64,000 nt of DNA, taken from positions 320,001-384,000 of the forward strand of contig CAVTQK010000021.1 of NCBI GenBank assembly GCA_963736855.1, written 5' to 3'. This stretch comes from an uncultured delta proteobacterium. Lineage in GTDB: Bacteria; Desulfobacterota; Desulfobacteria; Desulfobacterales; UBA2156. The position numbers and the translations under genes were made by a program. The notes under the pieces were generated by a model. The model did not search any database. It saw nothing but the letters and a program-made list of their open reading frames with translations, and was not told where the DNA came from. Positions 45,529 through 55,739 of the stretch are shown in pieces (within the stretch, counting starts at the first letter, position 1; the number at the start of each line of letters is the position of its first letter).

Positions 45529-46938
45529 ATGGTTTTTAACTCTCTATTTTTTTTCATAACACTTTTCTTTTTCCTGATATTTTATTTTGCCTTTAAAGAT
45601 CGTCAGCCGAAGATGGTAAAGATCGGCACTCTGATCTACAGTTATTTCTTTTACGGTATGTGGAATCCGGCGTTCTTATTATTGCTGATGGTTTCTACGA
45701 TCATCGATTATCTGGCTGCCATAGGAATCGAGGCCAATCCGAAGCGAAAAAAGCTATTTTTAATCATGAGTTTGACAAGCAACTTCGGTCTTCTTGGGTT
45801 TTTCAAGTATTTTAATTTTTTCGTCGATACGGCAGAGACTTTATTTAAAATGATTGGAATCAGTTGGTCACCGCCCTTTTTACAGGTAGCACTCCCGGTC
45901 GGTATTTCCTTTTACACCTTTCAAACGCTAAGTTATACCATTGACGTTTATCGAGGAGAAATTAAAGCAAAAAAAAGTTTTATTGACATCGCTTTTTTTG
46001 TGGCATTTTTCCCGCAACTGGTTGCCGGCCCGATTGTTCGGGCCAGCGATTTTCTTCCCCAGCTTAAGAAAATTCCAGTTGTTCGAAAAGAAAATTGGAT
46101 CGGCGGCATAAGTTTGATCCTATCCGGACTTTTTCTTAAAGTCGTCGTAGCGGATAATGTCTCAGTTCGTGTAAACGCCCTTTTTGCAAACTGGGAAATC
46201 AACGGAATGCTTGAAAACTGGGCTGCCGCCATGCTTTTCGGAGTACAGATCTACGGCGATTTTAGCGGTTATTCTCTGATTGCCATCGGACTCGCAAAGA
46301 TCATGGGATTCCATATTCCCCGCAATTTCAATTCACCTTATACTGCTGCCGGTTTTTCTGACTTTTGGAGAAGATGGCACATCTCTCTTTCCACATGGCT
46401 CAGGGATTATCTTTATATTTCCATGGGCGGTAACCGCAAGGGGACTCGAAGAACCTATGTGAATCTCATGATTACAATGCTATTAGGAGGTCTATGGCAT
46501 GGAGCAAGTTTCTTGTTCATCGCATGGGGCGCTCTGCACGGTTTGTATTTGTGTGTCGAACGTCTTTTAAGAGACCGTTTGAGGAACATACGATTTGAAA
46601 CCGTTTGGGCCCAACGGCTTTTAATTATGGCGGGGATTATTTTTACCTATATTATGGTATCCCTGGCGTGGATTCCGTTTCGAGCCGAAACCGCAGAACA
46701 GGGAATAACGATGATGACCGGTCTGTTTACCGGTGAATTTTCTTTTTATAAAAACTTGGCATCTGACTATTTGGTGATTCTGGTTGTTTTTCTTTTCCAT
46801 AGTCTCACTCGACGATACGATATATTCAATCTAATCGAAAAAAACGACAGCTTTCGTTTTGGAATAATTACCGTTATTTTGCTTTCGTTAGTTTATTTCA
46901 GTGGAGAACGTACTGACTTTATCTATTTTCAATTTTGA
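45529..46938 (+). CDS. MBOAT O-acyltransferase (AlgI/PatA-like)
   Basis: LPVGISFYTFQ, FFPQLVAGPIVR, YGDFSGYS, FWRRWHISLS, GLWHGA. Confidence 0.95.
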   Translation: MVFNSLFFFITLFFFLIFYFAFKDRQPKMVKIGTLIYSYFFYGMWNPAFLLLLMVSTIIDYLAAIGIEANPKRKKLFLIMSLTSNFGLLGFFKYFNFFVDTAETLFKMIGISWSPPFLQVALPVGISFYTFQTLSYTIDVYRGEIKAKKSFIDIAFFVAFFPQLVAGPIVRASDFLPQLKKIPVVRKENWIGGISLILSGLFLKVVVADNVSVRVNALFANWEINGMLENWAAAMLFGVQIYGDFSGYSLIAIGLAKIMGFHIPRNFNSPYTAAGFSDFWRRWHISLSTWLRDYLYISMGGNRKGTRRTYVNLMITMLLGGLWHGASFLFIAWGALHGLYLCVERLLRDRLRNIRFETVWAQRLLIMAGIIFTYIMVSLAWIPFRAETAEQGITMMTGLFTGEFSFYKNLASDYLVILVVFLFHSLTRRYDIFNLIEKNDSFRFGIITVILLSLVYFSGERTDFIYFQF

Positions 46939-47049
46939 TGGCTTCGTAAAAAGTCCATCTGCTGCATTGCACTGAATCCTTCGTCATTGCGGCGTACCCA
47001 TATCATCGATTTTTTTGATCTTTGACCCTTTGAACCCTGTATTCAAACC

Positions 47050-48543
47050 ATGCGTGCGATTATAAGCGCATTCATATTCAGCATCCTGGTCATCGGCGGC
47101 ATCGAATTCGGCTTCCGATATACCGGTGGCATGCCTTCGATCATACCCGGAAAGACGCTCTTTGAGTTTCAGTGGAAGATTCAAAGGGCAAATGCCGACC
47201 GAGTCATTTACGTTGTCGGCGACAGCCGTGTGGATCATGGATTCGGCGATCGTCTCTTTTCCCGGCGGTTTAATGAATTGCGCCTCGAAAACACGGTGGC
47301 GGTCAATTCAGGACTTGCCGCAGGTTCGGTGAGAAAGCTGACGGAATTCATTATTGAAAATCATAGAGCTGAAAAAGCGGGGGTTCTGGTTCTCAACTTC
47401 AGCCCGACGAGCTTTTATCATTTCAACACATCTCCGGGAAAACCGATGTCGAGAATTAAGTACCAGGATTTTTTAGATCACCGAATCACCAACTACTTGC
47501 TGGAGAAATTATTCACCTACGGGCGAGGAGGTATCAACTTATACCGGCATTTTGAACACTATATGCAACATGGATATACGCGGCGCTTTGGCTGGCTTTC
47601 AAGAACTTTATTCCCTGAAGGTTTTGTCAACGCCAAAAGGGGATATAATGACGGTACATCCTTGCCGCCTGATATCGGCTATTACGTTGACGTGTTCAAT
47701 AAAATCAATCTCAATTTAGACTATTATCTCGTACAAAAGGAAAAAACGATCCAGGTTATTCAAGAAGCGATGATGCTGGGCTGGGAGGTGATCCTTATAC
47801 GTCTTCCCATTGGAAATGAAATGAGGAAGATCGAAGATCTTCTGCCGAATGAACTGGACCCTGGACAGATTGCAGATCAGTTGAACGTGTCATTTATCGA
47901 TTATGATTCAGATCCAAGAACCAAGGATCTCCCTACGGATGAATCTCATTTATTGCCGGAAGCGGCAAGAACAATGACGTTGATTCTGGCGCAGGACCTT
48001 TCGGAGATGTTCAAATCCGGTTTCGCAGGCAGATCGGAAATTCGAAAACCGAATCCGATTACGGATAAAGAAAAAATCACCATTCGTCGGCCCGGGATAA
48101 AAGATAACATCAAGATTTTTAGCCTTATTTCCTCTTCGATCGAAAAATTATCCGAGACCCCTTTCTACCGGGAAGAGGCGCTTGAAGCATGGATGGGATC
48201 GATTGCAATAAGAGACTATACAAAATTTGCCAACAGAGATGTTTTTATCGCCGAATGGGAAGGGGTGCTTATCGGGTTTGGACAGATTGATCTCAGCAGG
48301 CAAATTGTCAACTTTCTCCATATCTTTACACCGGTCCTTGTCGATGAGACGCGATTTAAATTGCTCAATGCCCTTGAAGAAACAGCGATTCGACATAAAA
48401 TCACTTCCATCCGATTGCATGCGACATTGGATTCGGTTTCTTTCTTTAAACAAGCCGGTTATAAAAAAGATCGCATTGATAAGCTGACATTTCGTAACAA
48501 CCGCGAAATTCAATACGCGGTAATGACCAAAATCTTGTTTTAA
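47050..48543 (+). CDS. SGNH-like acyltransferase partner (AlgJ/DltD-like) fused to a C-terminal GNAT domain
   Basis: N-terminal anchor, VGDSR, D.SHL; C-terminal ~155 aa FIAE...IGFG...LHATL.SV.FFKQAGY. Confidence 0.65.
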   Translation: MRAIISAFIFSILVIGGIEFGFRYTGGMPSIIPGKTLFEFQWKIQRANADRVIYVVGDSRVDHGFGDRLFSRRFNELRLENTVAVNSGLAAGSVRKLTEFIIENHRAEKAGVLVLNFSPTSFYHFNTSPGKPMSRIKYQDFLDHRITNYLLEKLFTYGRGGINLYRHFEHYMQHGYTRRFGWLSRTLFPEGFVNAKRGYNDGTSLPPDIGYYVDVFNKINLNLDYYLVQKEKTIQVIQEAMMLGWEVILIRLPIGNEMRKIEDLLPNELDPGQIADQLNVSFIDYDSDPRTKDLPTDESHLLPEAARTMTLILAQDLSEMFKSGFAGRSEIRKPNPITDKEKITIRRPGIKDNIKIFSLISSSIEKLSETPFYREEALEAWMGSIAIRDYTKFANRDVFIAEWEGVLIGFGQIDLSRQIVNFLHIFTPVLVDETRFKLLNALEETAIRHKITSIRLHATLDSVSFFKQAGYKKDRIDKLTFRNNREIQYAVMTKILF

Positions 48544-48616
48544 CCGAAGTTCGGCTGAAGGTGCTGTGGTATTCAATGAACTTTGACTTCTGTTAACAGG
48601 TGAAAAAGAGGCCTCA

Positions 48617-51424
48617 ATGATTTCTATGTTTTTTTCGCAGCAGTTGATTCGAACTAAATTCGGACTTGGCCTGATCACGTTATCCACATTGTTGCTCGAG
48701 CTGTGTCTTATTCGGATTCTCGATGTGATCCTGAATCCGGTTATGGGATACATGGTGATTACAACCTCCATGTTTGCCCTTGGACTTGGTGGAATTTATG
48801 TTTTTGTTTTCAAAAATAAAATAAAAGATCAAATCCGTTTGTTGCCGACATTGACCATTTTATTTGCATTTCTTGTTGTACTTCTGCTCCCTGCATTCAA
48901 TTGGCTTCCGTTCAACCTGGATTTTGAAGGGGCATCTTTGATGATTCAGATCTTGTCCTGGACCGGAATGTATCTGACGTTAACAGCCCCTTTTTTTATT
49001 GGTGGAATTATCATTTCCATCATTTTTTCAAATTATTCTTCTGAAAGCCATGGGTTATATTTTTTTGACCTTTCAGGTGCCGGAATAGGGTGTTTGTTGC
49101 TGGTGCCCCTGATTCCCCATTACGGCCCGGGCGGACTGCTCTTTTTCATTTTCGGATTGCTTATGATTTCGGCGTTCCTCTTCACGACACTGAAAATCAG
49201 AAATCTTTATTATATTATACCGGTCGTAACGGCCATAGTTCTGTTCCCTTTGACATTGGACAGCTATTTGGATTTCAGGGGTCATGGAAACAAGCGCGGA
49301 GTGGATGAATGGATACGCGCCGGATTGAGGGAATATGTTCGGTGGGATCCGGTATCGAAGCTGGATGTTTTTAATGTATCTCCAAGGGCGAAACATTTTT
49401 CGTTGGATGGGGGGCAACAAGGATCCTGGCTGCAGCAATTTGACGGCAATTATGATACCTATTTAAAAAGAATCGCCGATCAGCCGGATAATTATTATTT
49501 TGGCATAAGTTCGACGGTACATCACTTCTATCAGGGAAAGAATGCCGATGTCTTAATCATCGGAGCGGCCGTCGGCAGTGAAACAAAAAGCGCTTTGATA
49601 TTCGGCGCTAACCACGTTGATGCCATTGACCTTGTAGAAACGATGGTGGATGCGGTAAAAACAAGATATGCTCAATTTTCCGGCGGTCTGTTCATTCATC
49701 CAAAAGTCGAATATTATGCGGGAGAGGGGAGGACTTTCTTAAGATCATCGGGGAAAAAATATGATATCATACAGATGTACAGCAATCATACGAGTTCAAG
49801 CCTTGCCCACGGTTCAGGGGTTTTAAGTTCGGTATACCTGCAGACTGCCGAAGCCTACATGGAGTATTTCGAGCATTTGAAGGAAGACGGGATTTTACAG
49901 ATTAATCATCATCTATATCCAAAAATGATCATTTCAGCGGCATTGGGCTGGGAAAGACTCGGAAGGATCGATTTTCCGAAACACGTCCTCGTTCTGGAAC
50001 GATGGATTCCGGATAACCTCCCGACACTTCTCATCAAGATGAAACCATGGACCAGAGATGAAGTGGATCGGGTGTACAGCTATATGAATCGAGAAAAAAC
50101 AGGGCAGGTCCAGAATATGCCCATCCATATAGCCCCATCGGAAAAAATATACGAAAAGAACCCTTACCAGGCAACCTTTTCTTCAAGAGTCGATGAAATC
50201 AAGGGAATTTCACTGATGGTAGGAACCCACGATCAGGAACGACTTGATTATCGAGTGACGATGCGATTATTTGATTCCGAAGGAAAACTCGTCGGTTCGG
50301 ATACGATACCTAAAGGAAGCATCCGAAACAATACCGTTGTCGATTTTCAAATTCAATCCATTCCAAACTGTCAAAACAAAAATTTCCGCTTCGAAATTTC
50401 AACCGATAACCCTTATCCTGAAAAAGGTTTTTCCATTTGGCTTACCCGAAATACCTTGCCCGTAATGCAGACGATCCCGAGACCGCCGATGCCGGCATAT
50501 CACATTGCCTTTCATCCGTTGGAATTGGATAACAATTTAATCCCCGCATCTTTTCTTAAACAACCTTTTCCCAAATATCTTGCGAAAGATGCCGCGTACA
50601 TCATGAACCCGGTCACAGATGATAAGCCTCAATTCAATATGATTCGAAAATCAAATCGGCGCCTTGTGCCTGAAAAGGACAAATATCTTGATGGAGGAAC
50701 CGCTTACTTCTTAAACAATCAGCTCCGCCGCTTTCTTCCTTATGACTGGATCAGTATTTTTGTGGTCGGAACTATTTCCATATTCTTTTCTCTTTTTTTT
50801 ATATTCACACCAATCCTGTCCACTTCGCTTGGCCGAACCAGATGGAAGGGAATGCCTGCCTATTTGATCTATTTTTCATGTCTCGGAGCAGGATTTATCA
50901 TTATCGAACTGAGCTTTATCCAGATTTTCACAAAACTGATCGGATTCCCAACTCATACCTTTGCAACCGTGATTTTTTCATTGCTTTTTGCCGCTGGAAT
51001 AGGAAGCATGAGCTCAAAAAAAGCAAATTTACATATCGGAAGTCGATGGAAAATCATCTTCATCGGAATCCTGGTATATGGGTTTGTTCTTTTCTTGGTA
51101 TATCCCCGTCTGTTTTCCATGTTTCTGGGATCCACTCTTCATGTCAGAATCCTCGTTGCGACGGTGCTGATGTTTCCCTTAGGATTTTTTATGGGGATGC
51201 CTTTTCCACTCGGAATGATGAGTCTCGGAGAAGTAGAGCCCAAAGGAATTCCATGGGCCTGGGGAATGAATGGCTTTTTTACTGTTTTCGGAGGATATCT
51301 GGGGTTATTGATTTCGATGTGGGTTGGATTTAGGATTGTTCTCTTCTTTGCTTTGGGAATTTATTTTCTCGCGTTTTTCTTTTTCGGTTTCATCAAACGC
51401 TTGGGATCGGCAGAGGCGATGTGA
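48617..51424 (+). CDS. Membrane-embedded spermidine-synthase-like / methyltransferase-fold protein
   Basis: TM bundle with LYFFDL.GAG; central VLIIGAAVGSE, EGRTFL, YDII, YLQTAEA; PVTDDKP; second TM bundle with GMPFPLG, WAWGMNG. Confidence 0.75.
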   Translation: MISMFFSQQLIRTKFGLGLITLSTLLLELCLIRILDVILNPVMGYMVITTSMFALGLGGIYVFVFKNKIKDQIRLLPTLTILFAFLVVLLLPAFNWLPFNLDFEGASLMIQILSWTGMYLTLTAPFFIGGIIISIIFSNYSSESHGLYFFDLSGAGIGCLLLVPLIPHYGPGGLLFFIFGLLMISAFLFTTLKIRNLYYIIPVVTAIVLFPLTLDSYLDFRGHGNKRGVDEWIRAGLREYVRWDPVSKLDVFNVSPRAKHFSLDGGQQGSWLQQFDGNYDTYLKRIADQPDNYYFGISSTVHHFYQGKNADVLIIGAAVGSETKSALIFGANHVDAIDLVETMVDAVKTRYAQFSGGLFIHPKVEYYAGEGRTFLRSSGKKYDIIQMYSNHTSSSLAHGSGVLSSVYLQTAEAYMEYFEHLKEDGILQINHHLYPKMIISAALGWERLGRIDFPKHVLVLERWIPDNLPTLLIKMKPWTRDEVDRVYSYMNREKTGQVQNMPIHIAPSEKIYEKNPYQATFSSRVDEIKGISLMVGTHDQERLDYRVTMRLFDSEGKLVGSDTIPKGSIRNNTVVDFQIQSIPNCQNKNFRFEISTDNPYPEKGFSIWLTRNTLPVMQTIPRPPMPAYHIAFHPLELDNNLIPASFLKQPFPKYLAKDAAYIMNPVTDDKPQFNMIRKSNRRLVPEKDKYLDGGTAYFLNNQLRRFLPYDWISIFVVGTISIFFSLFFIFTPILSTSLGRTRWKGMPAYLIYFSCLGAGFIIIELSFIQIFTKLIGFPTHTFATVIFSLLFAAGIGSMSSKKANLHIGSRWKIIFIGILVYGFVLFLVYPRLFSMFLGSTLHVRILVATVLMFPLGFFMGMPFPLGMMSLGEVEPKGIPWAWGMNGFFTVFGGYLGLLISMWVGFRIVLFFALGIYFLAFFFFGFIKRLGSAEAM

Positions 51425-51569
51425 TGGCATGAGTACCCATGCGATAAAAAGCCTTTTTCGAATGCGGTAAAATCCGATTAGCGTTCAATCGGACCTTGAT
51501 AAATCGAATAGTTTTTGCGAAAATATTTTTCGTAACTATTGAATCAAATCTAAAGGTGGTTCGCACAAT

Positions 51570-52343
51570 ATGAAAACTGTAGTTCTTGCCGGCGGATTCG
51601 GTTCGCGGCTAGGGAATTTAACGGAAGCGGTTCCAAAGCCCATGGTATTGGTAGGCGGCAAACCGATAATTTGGCACATTATGAAGTATTATTCCTGCTT
51701 CGGATATCATGATTTTGTCATTAGCTGCGGGTATAAGGCCAACGTTATTAAAGAATATTTTTACAATTACCACATTTACGACAATGATTTTACCATCGAT
51801 TACGAAACAAGAAAAATTCATATTCATTACGGGAAACAAGGAGAAAGATGGTCGGTCACGATTGCAGATACTGGATTCAACTCTCTTAAGGGAGCGCGTC
51901 TCAAGCGGATTGAAAATTATTTGGACGATGGCATCAACATGATCACTTACGGAGATGGTGTTTCGGATGTGGATTTGTATCAGTTGGTGGAATTCCATAA
52001 AGGGCACGGCAAAACTCTAACCATTACAGGTGTTCATCCTCCTTCCAGGTTTGGAGAAATCCTTGAAAAGGATGGTAGGATCACATCCTTTCTTGAAAAA
52101 CCACAGACTTCCATCGGACTGATAAACGGCGGATTTATGGTGTTTAATAAAAAGCTGCTCGATTATCTTTCTGTTGATGAAAAATGCGATCTCGAATATG
52201 GCCCCTTTGAACAGCTTGCACATAATAAGGAGATAATGGTTTTTGTGCATCCCGGACAATGGGAATGCCTGGATACGGAAAGAGATTTAAATCATCTCAA
52301 TAAACTATGGAACGAAGGAAAGGCATTCTGGAAAATCTGGTAA
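51570..52343 (+). CDS. rfbF: Glucose-1-phosphate cytidylyltransferase
   Basis: LAGGFGSRL, PKPMV, WHIMK, TYGDGV, INGGF, WECLDT.RD. Confidence 0.93.
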   Translation: MKTVVLAGGFGSRLGNLTEAVPKPMVLVGGKPIIWHIMKYYSCFGYHDFVISCGYKANVIKEYFYNYHIYDNDFTIDYETRKIHIHYGKQGERWSVTIADTGFNSLKGARLKRIENYLDDGINMITYGDGVSDVDLYQLVEFHKGHGKTLTITGVHPPSRFGEILEKDGRITSFLEKPQTSIGLINGGFMVFNKKLLDYLSVDEKCDLEYGPFEQLAHNKEIMVFVHPGQWECLDTERDLNHLNKLWNEGKAFWKIW

Positions 52344-52355
52344 ATATTGTGTTTC

Positions 52356-53453
52356 ATGGATCCCCTCTTCAATAATATCTATCACAACAAGTCCGTTTTG
52401 ATTACCGGGCATACCGGATTTAAAGGCTCATGGCTTTCACTATGGCTCAAAGAGCTCGGAGCCGATGTGGTCGGATATGCATTGGATCCACCCAGTGAGC
52501 CGAATCACTGGAATTTATTACATCTGAATATGCCTTCGGTTATCGGCGACGTCAGGGATAGAAAAAAACTCCTCGGCGTTTTTGAAACATTTAGACCCGA
52601 AGTGGTATTTCACCTTGCCGCCCAGCCCCTGGTAATTGACTCGTATAGCGATCCGATAGGAACCTTTGAAACGAACATCATAGGGTCAATTAATATTCTC
52701 GACGCCTGCAGGCATGTTTCATCGGTTAAAGCTATAATCATTATTACCAGCGACAAATGCTATGAAAACCGAGAATGGGTTTGGGGATACAGAGAAAATG
52801 ATGCAATGGGGGGGTATGATCCATATAGCTGTTCAAAAGGGTGCGCTGAGTTGATTACATCCTCCTACCGGAATTCATTCTTTAATATTGAAAAATTCGG
52901 GAAAGATCACCATACGTTAGTTGCAAGCGCGAGAGCGGGGAACGCCATCGGCGGCGGAGACTGGGCAAAAGACCGATTAATACCGGATATTATGAGGGCC
53001 GTTTCGTCGGGGAATGAGGTGATTATCAGAAATCCTCTTTCTACAAGGCCATGGCAGCATGTTCTTGATCCGCTGTGCGGCTATTTGCAACTGGGATGGA
53101 AGCTGCTTGAGGGAAACGTTAAGTTTGCTGAGGGATGGAATTTCGGCCCTAACGATACAGAATCCAAAACAGTTGGGCAGGTTATCAGAATGATTCATAA
53201 TAACTGGCCTGTTTTTATTTACAGGGTTGATAAAGGATGCGAATCCGAAGAGCATGAGGCCCGATTACTTCGGCTGGATTGTTCAAAAGCTGCGATCAAG
53301 TTAAAATGGAAGTGTCTTTGGAATGCAGAAGAGGCATTTTTAAAAACAACGGAATGGTATAAAGGATTTTATCAAAAAGGAAAAATTACTTCTTCTCTCC
53401 AATTATCTGAATATGTTAAAAGGTTGACTCAAACTTCTCCTGAATCGAGATGA
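52356..53453 (+). CDS. rfbG: CDP-glucose 4,6-dehydratase
   Basis: TGHTGFKGSWL, HLAAQPLV, TSDKCYEN, DPYSCSK, RAGNAIGGGDW, RPWQHVL. Confidence 0.95.
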   Translation: MDPLFNNIYHNKSVLITGHTGFKGSWLSLWLKELGADVVGYALDPPSEPNHWNLLHLNMPSVIGDVRDRKKLLGVFETFRPEVVFHLAAQPLVIDSYSDPIGTFETNIIGSINILDACRHVSSVKAIIIITSDKCYENREWVWGYRENDAMGGYDPYSCSKGCAELITSSYRNSFFNIEKFGKDHHTLVASARAGNAIGGGDWAKDRLIPDIMRAVSSGNEVIIRNPLSTRPWQHVLDPLCGYLQLGWKLLEGNVKFAEGWNFGPNDTESKTVGQVIRMIHNNWPVFIYRVDKGCESEEHEARLLRLDCSKAAIKLKWKCLWNAEEAFLKTTEWYKGFYQKGKITSSLQLSEYVKRLTQTSPESR

Positions 53454-54328
53454 GAAAAACAATTCTTTTAAGCGGAGCGACCGGTTATCTCGGCAGCAGG
53501 CTTCTTGAAAAACTTATAAATGACTATAACATCATCATTACGAAAAGGAGTTTTTCGAATACCCGAAGAATTCAATCGCTGCTCGGGAGTTGCAAAGCTT
53601 ATGATATCGACAGGACACCTGTTGAGGTTCTTTTCAAGGAGAACCCGATCGATATTATCCTTAATACTGCAGGAAATTACGGTAGAAATAACGAACCTCT
53701 AATCAATATCGTTGATGCCAACCTTTTTTTTCCTTTGAAACTTCTTGATGGTGCAATCAAATATAACGTTAAACATTTTATCAATACGGGTAGCATATTA
53801 AATAAGAAAACAAATCCATATGCCCTGTCAAAGGCTCAATTTTCAGAATGGCTCGAGCACATTTCGGTAAAATTAAGAGTCTTCAACGTGAAGCTAGAAC
53901 ATTTTTACGGCCCTGGAGATGATTCGTCCAAATTTGTGGGATATGTCATCCATAAAATTCTCAATAAAGAAAAGGAAATTAAACTCACCTCAGGCGAGCA
54001 AAAACGGGATTTCATCTATATTGATGACGTTGTGGATTTTTACAGCTTAATCTTAAAAAGAATTGATCGGTATAAAGCCGGTTTCCACGAATTTCACGTG
54101 GGGACCGGAACATCTCATGAAATCAGGGAACTCGTTGGATATTTAAAAGAGATATCAGGAAGCGATATCAAGTTGCTTTTTGGAGATATCCCCTATCGAA
54201 AATTTGAAATAATGGATTCGAAAGCAAATGCGTTTTTGCTGAAAAAGATGGGATACTGTGTTTCAACTGATATCTTTTCCGGACTAAAAAAAACATGGGA
54301 AGCTGAATTAACAGAAAAAATGAGATGA
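53450..54328 (+). CDS. CDP-3,6-dideoxyhexose reductase (CDP-abequose/paratose synthase-like)
   Basis: GATGYLGS, YALSK, KLEHFYGPGD, GEQKRDFIYIDD; located between rfbG and rfbH. Confidence 0.75.
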   Translation: MRKTILLSGATGYLGSRLLEKLINDYNIIITKRSFSNTRRIQSLLGSCKAYDIDRTPVEVLFKENPIDIILNTAGNYGRNNEPLINIVDANLFFPLKLLDGAIKYNVKHFINTGSILNKKTNPYALSKAQFSEWLEHISVKLRVFNVKLEHFYGPGDDSSKFVGYVIHKILNKEKEIKLTSGEQKRDFIYIDDVVDFYSLILKRIDRYKAGFHEFHVGTGTSHEIRELVGYLKEISGSDIKLLFGDIPYRKFEIMDSKANAFLLKKMGYCVSTDIFSGLKKTWEAELTEKMR

Positions 54329-54336
54329 TATAAATT

Positions 54337-55659
54337 ATGAATAGCAATGAAAAAGCTATGCGAAAAGTAATAGAAGATAAAGTAAAGGAATATTACCAAA
54401 ACGTATTTGGAATCCAAAAGAAATTTTTGCCCGGAAAAACAAAGATTCATTATGCGGGACGAGTTTTCGACGAGCATGAACTGATTCACCTTGTTAATGC
54501 ATCTCTTGATTTCTGGCTTACAAACGGAAGATTTTGTGAAGAATTCGAGTGTAAACTTTCCAGCTTTTTTGATAATTCCGATGTTATTCTTGTAAATTCA
54601 GGGTCTTCGGCTAACTTGATCGCACTAACAACCCTGACATCACCAAAACTCGGAAAGAGGAGAATGTTACCGGGAGACGAAGTGGTCACGGTTGCATCTG
54701 GATTTCCAACCACCGTAGCCCCTATCATTCAAAACAATCTCATCCCCGTATTTGTTGACGTCAGCCTTGAAAATTGCAATGCCATACCTTTAGAAGTCGA
54801 AAATGCCCTGTCAAAAAAAACAAAAGCCATATTCATTGCCCATACGCTAGGCAATCCTTTTGACTTGGAGTCGATAATCGCTATAGCAAAAAAATACAAT
54901 CTTTGGCTGCTAGAAGATAATTGCGATGCGCTGGGAAGCACCTACAATGGAAAAAGGACCGGAACCTTCGGCCACCTCTCAACAATCTCATTTTACCCTG
55001 CACATCACATTACGACTGGGGAAGGCGGATGCATCATCACTCATGATACGGAACTTGCAAGAATTTGCAGATCCTACCGAGACTGGGGAAGAGACTGCTT
55101 TTGCGAGGGAGGAAAAAACAACACCTGCGGCAGGAGATTTGGACAGCAATTTGGGTCGCTTCCTTTTGGATATGATCACAAATACGTTTATTCCCATATC
55201 GGATATAATATGAAAATGACTGATCTTCAGGCCGCAATTGGATCTTCACAAATGGATAAATTAAATCATTTTATAACCAAACGAAAAGAAAATCATAAAA
55301 TCCTTTCAGATAATCTGCAAAAATATGGAAAATACCTGATACTTCCCAAGGCAACACGCCTGAGCGATCCTTCGTGGTTTGCGTTTGTTATCACCCTAAA
55401 AAAAGATGTGGGCTTCAAAAGAATACAATTGACCGAATTTTTAGAGAAATGCCGGATCGAAACACGCAATCTATTTTCAGGAAACCTACTTTGTCAGCCT
55501 GCATTTCAAGATATCAAGTATCGAGTATCCGGAAAACTTACGAATACGGATTATATCATGAATAACACTTTTTTTATCGGAGTGTATCCCGGATTGAGTA
55601 GGGAACAGATCGAATTCATGATTCAATCTTTCGATAAATTTTTCAAGACGGTACCTTAA
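54337..55659 (+). CDS. rfbH: CDP-4-keto-6-deoxyglucose 3-dehydrase (E1, DdhC)
   Basis: NSGSSANL, EDNCDALG, SFYPAHHITTGEGG, RDWGRDC.C, NTCG.RF, YDHKY.YSHIGYN. Confidence 0.95.
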   Translation: MNSNEKAMRKVIEDKVKEYYQNVFGIQKKFLPGKTKIHYAGRVFDEHELIHLVNASLDFWLTNGRFCEEFECKLSSFFDNSDVILVNSGSSANLIALTTLTSPKLGKRRMLPGDEVVTVASGFPTTVAPIIQNNLIPVFVDVSLENCNAIPLEVENALSKKTKAIFIAHTLGNPFDLESIIAIAKKYNLWLLEDNCDALGSTYNGKRTGTFGHLSTISFYPAHHITTGEGGCIITHDTELARICRSYRDWGRDCFCEGGKNNTCGRRFGQQFGSLPFGYDHKYVYSHIGYNMKMTDLQAAIGSSQMDKLNHFITKRKENHKILSDNLQKYGKYLILPKATRLSDPSWFAFVITLKKDVGFKRIQLTEFLEKCRIETRNLFSGNLLCQPAFQDIKYRVSGKLTNTDYIMNNTFFIGVYPGLSREQIEFMIQSFDKFFKTVP

Positions 55660-55739
55660 CGCATATCATTCAACCCTATTAGATTAATCCGCAAAGAGTG
55701 CACTGCTCAATGAATGTAGATACGATCGATAATCGACGC

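Noticed and set aside
48148..48771. 207-aa minus-strand ORF, and all other minus-strand ORFs in the track
   Set aside because: They are antisense shadows of well-supported + strand genes and have no recognisable motifs.
51427..51460. Small hairpin gcatg-agtacc-catgc and A/T tracts after the 935-aa gene as a terminator or sigma-54 promoter
   Set aside because: The stem is only 5 bp with no adjacent U-tract, and the GG-GC spacing does not fit -24/-12.
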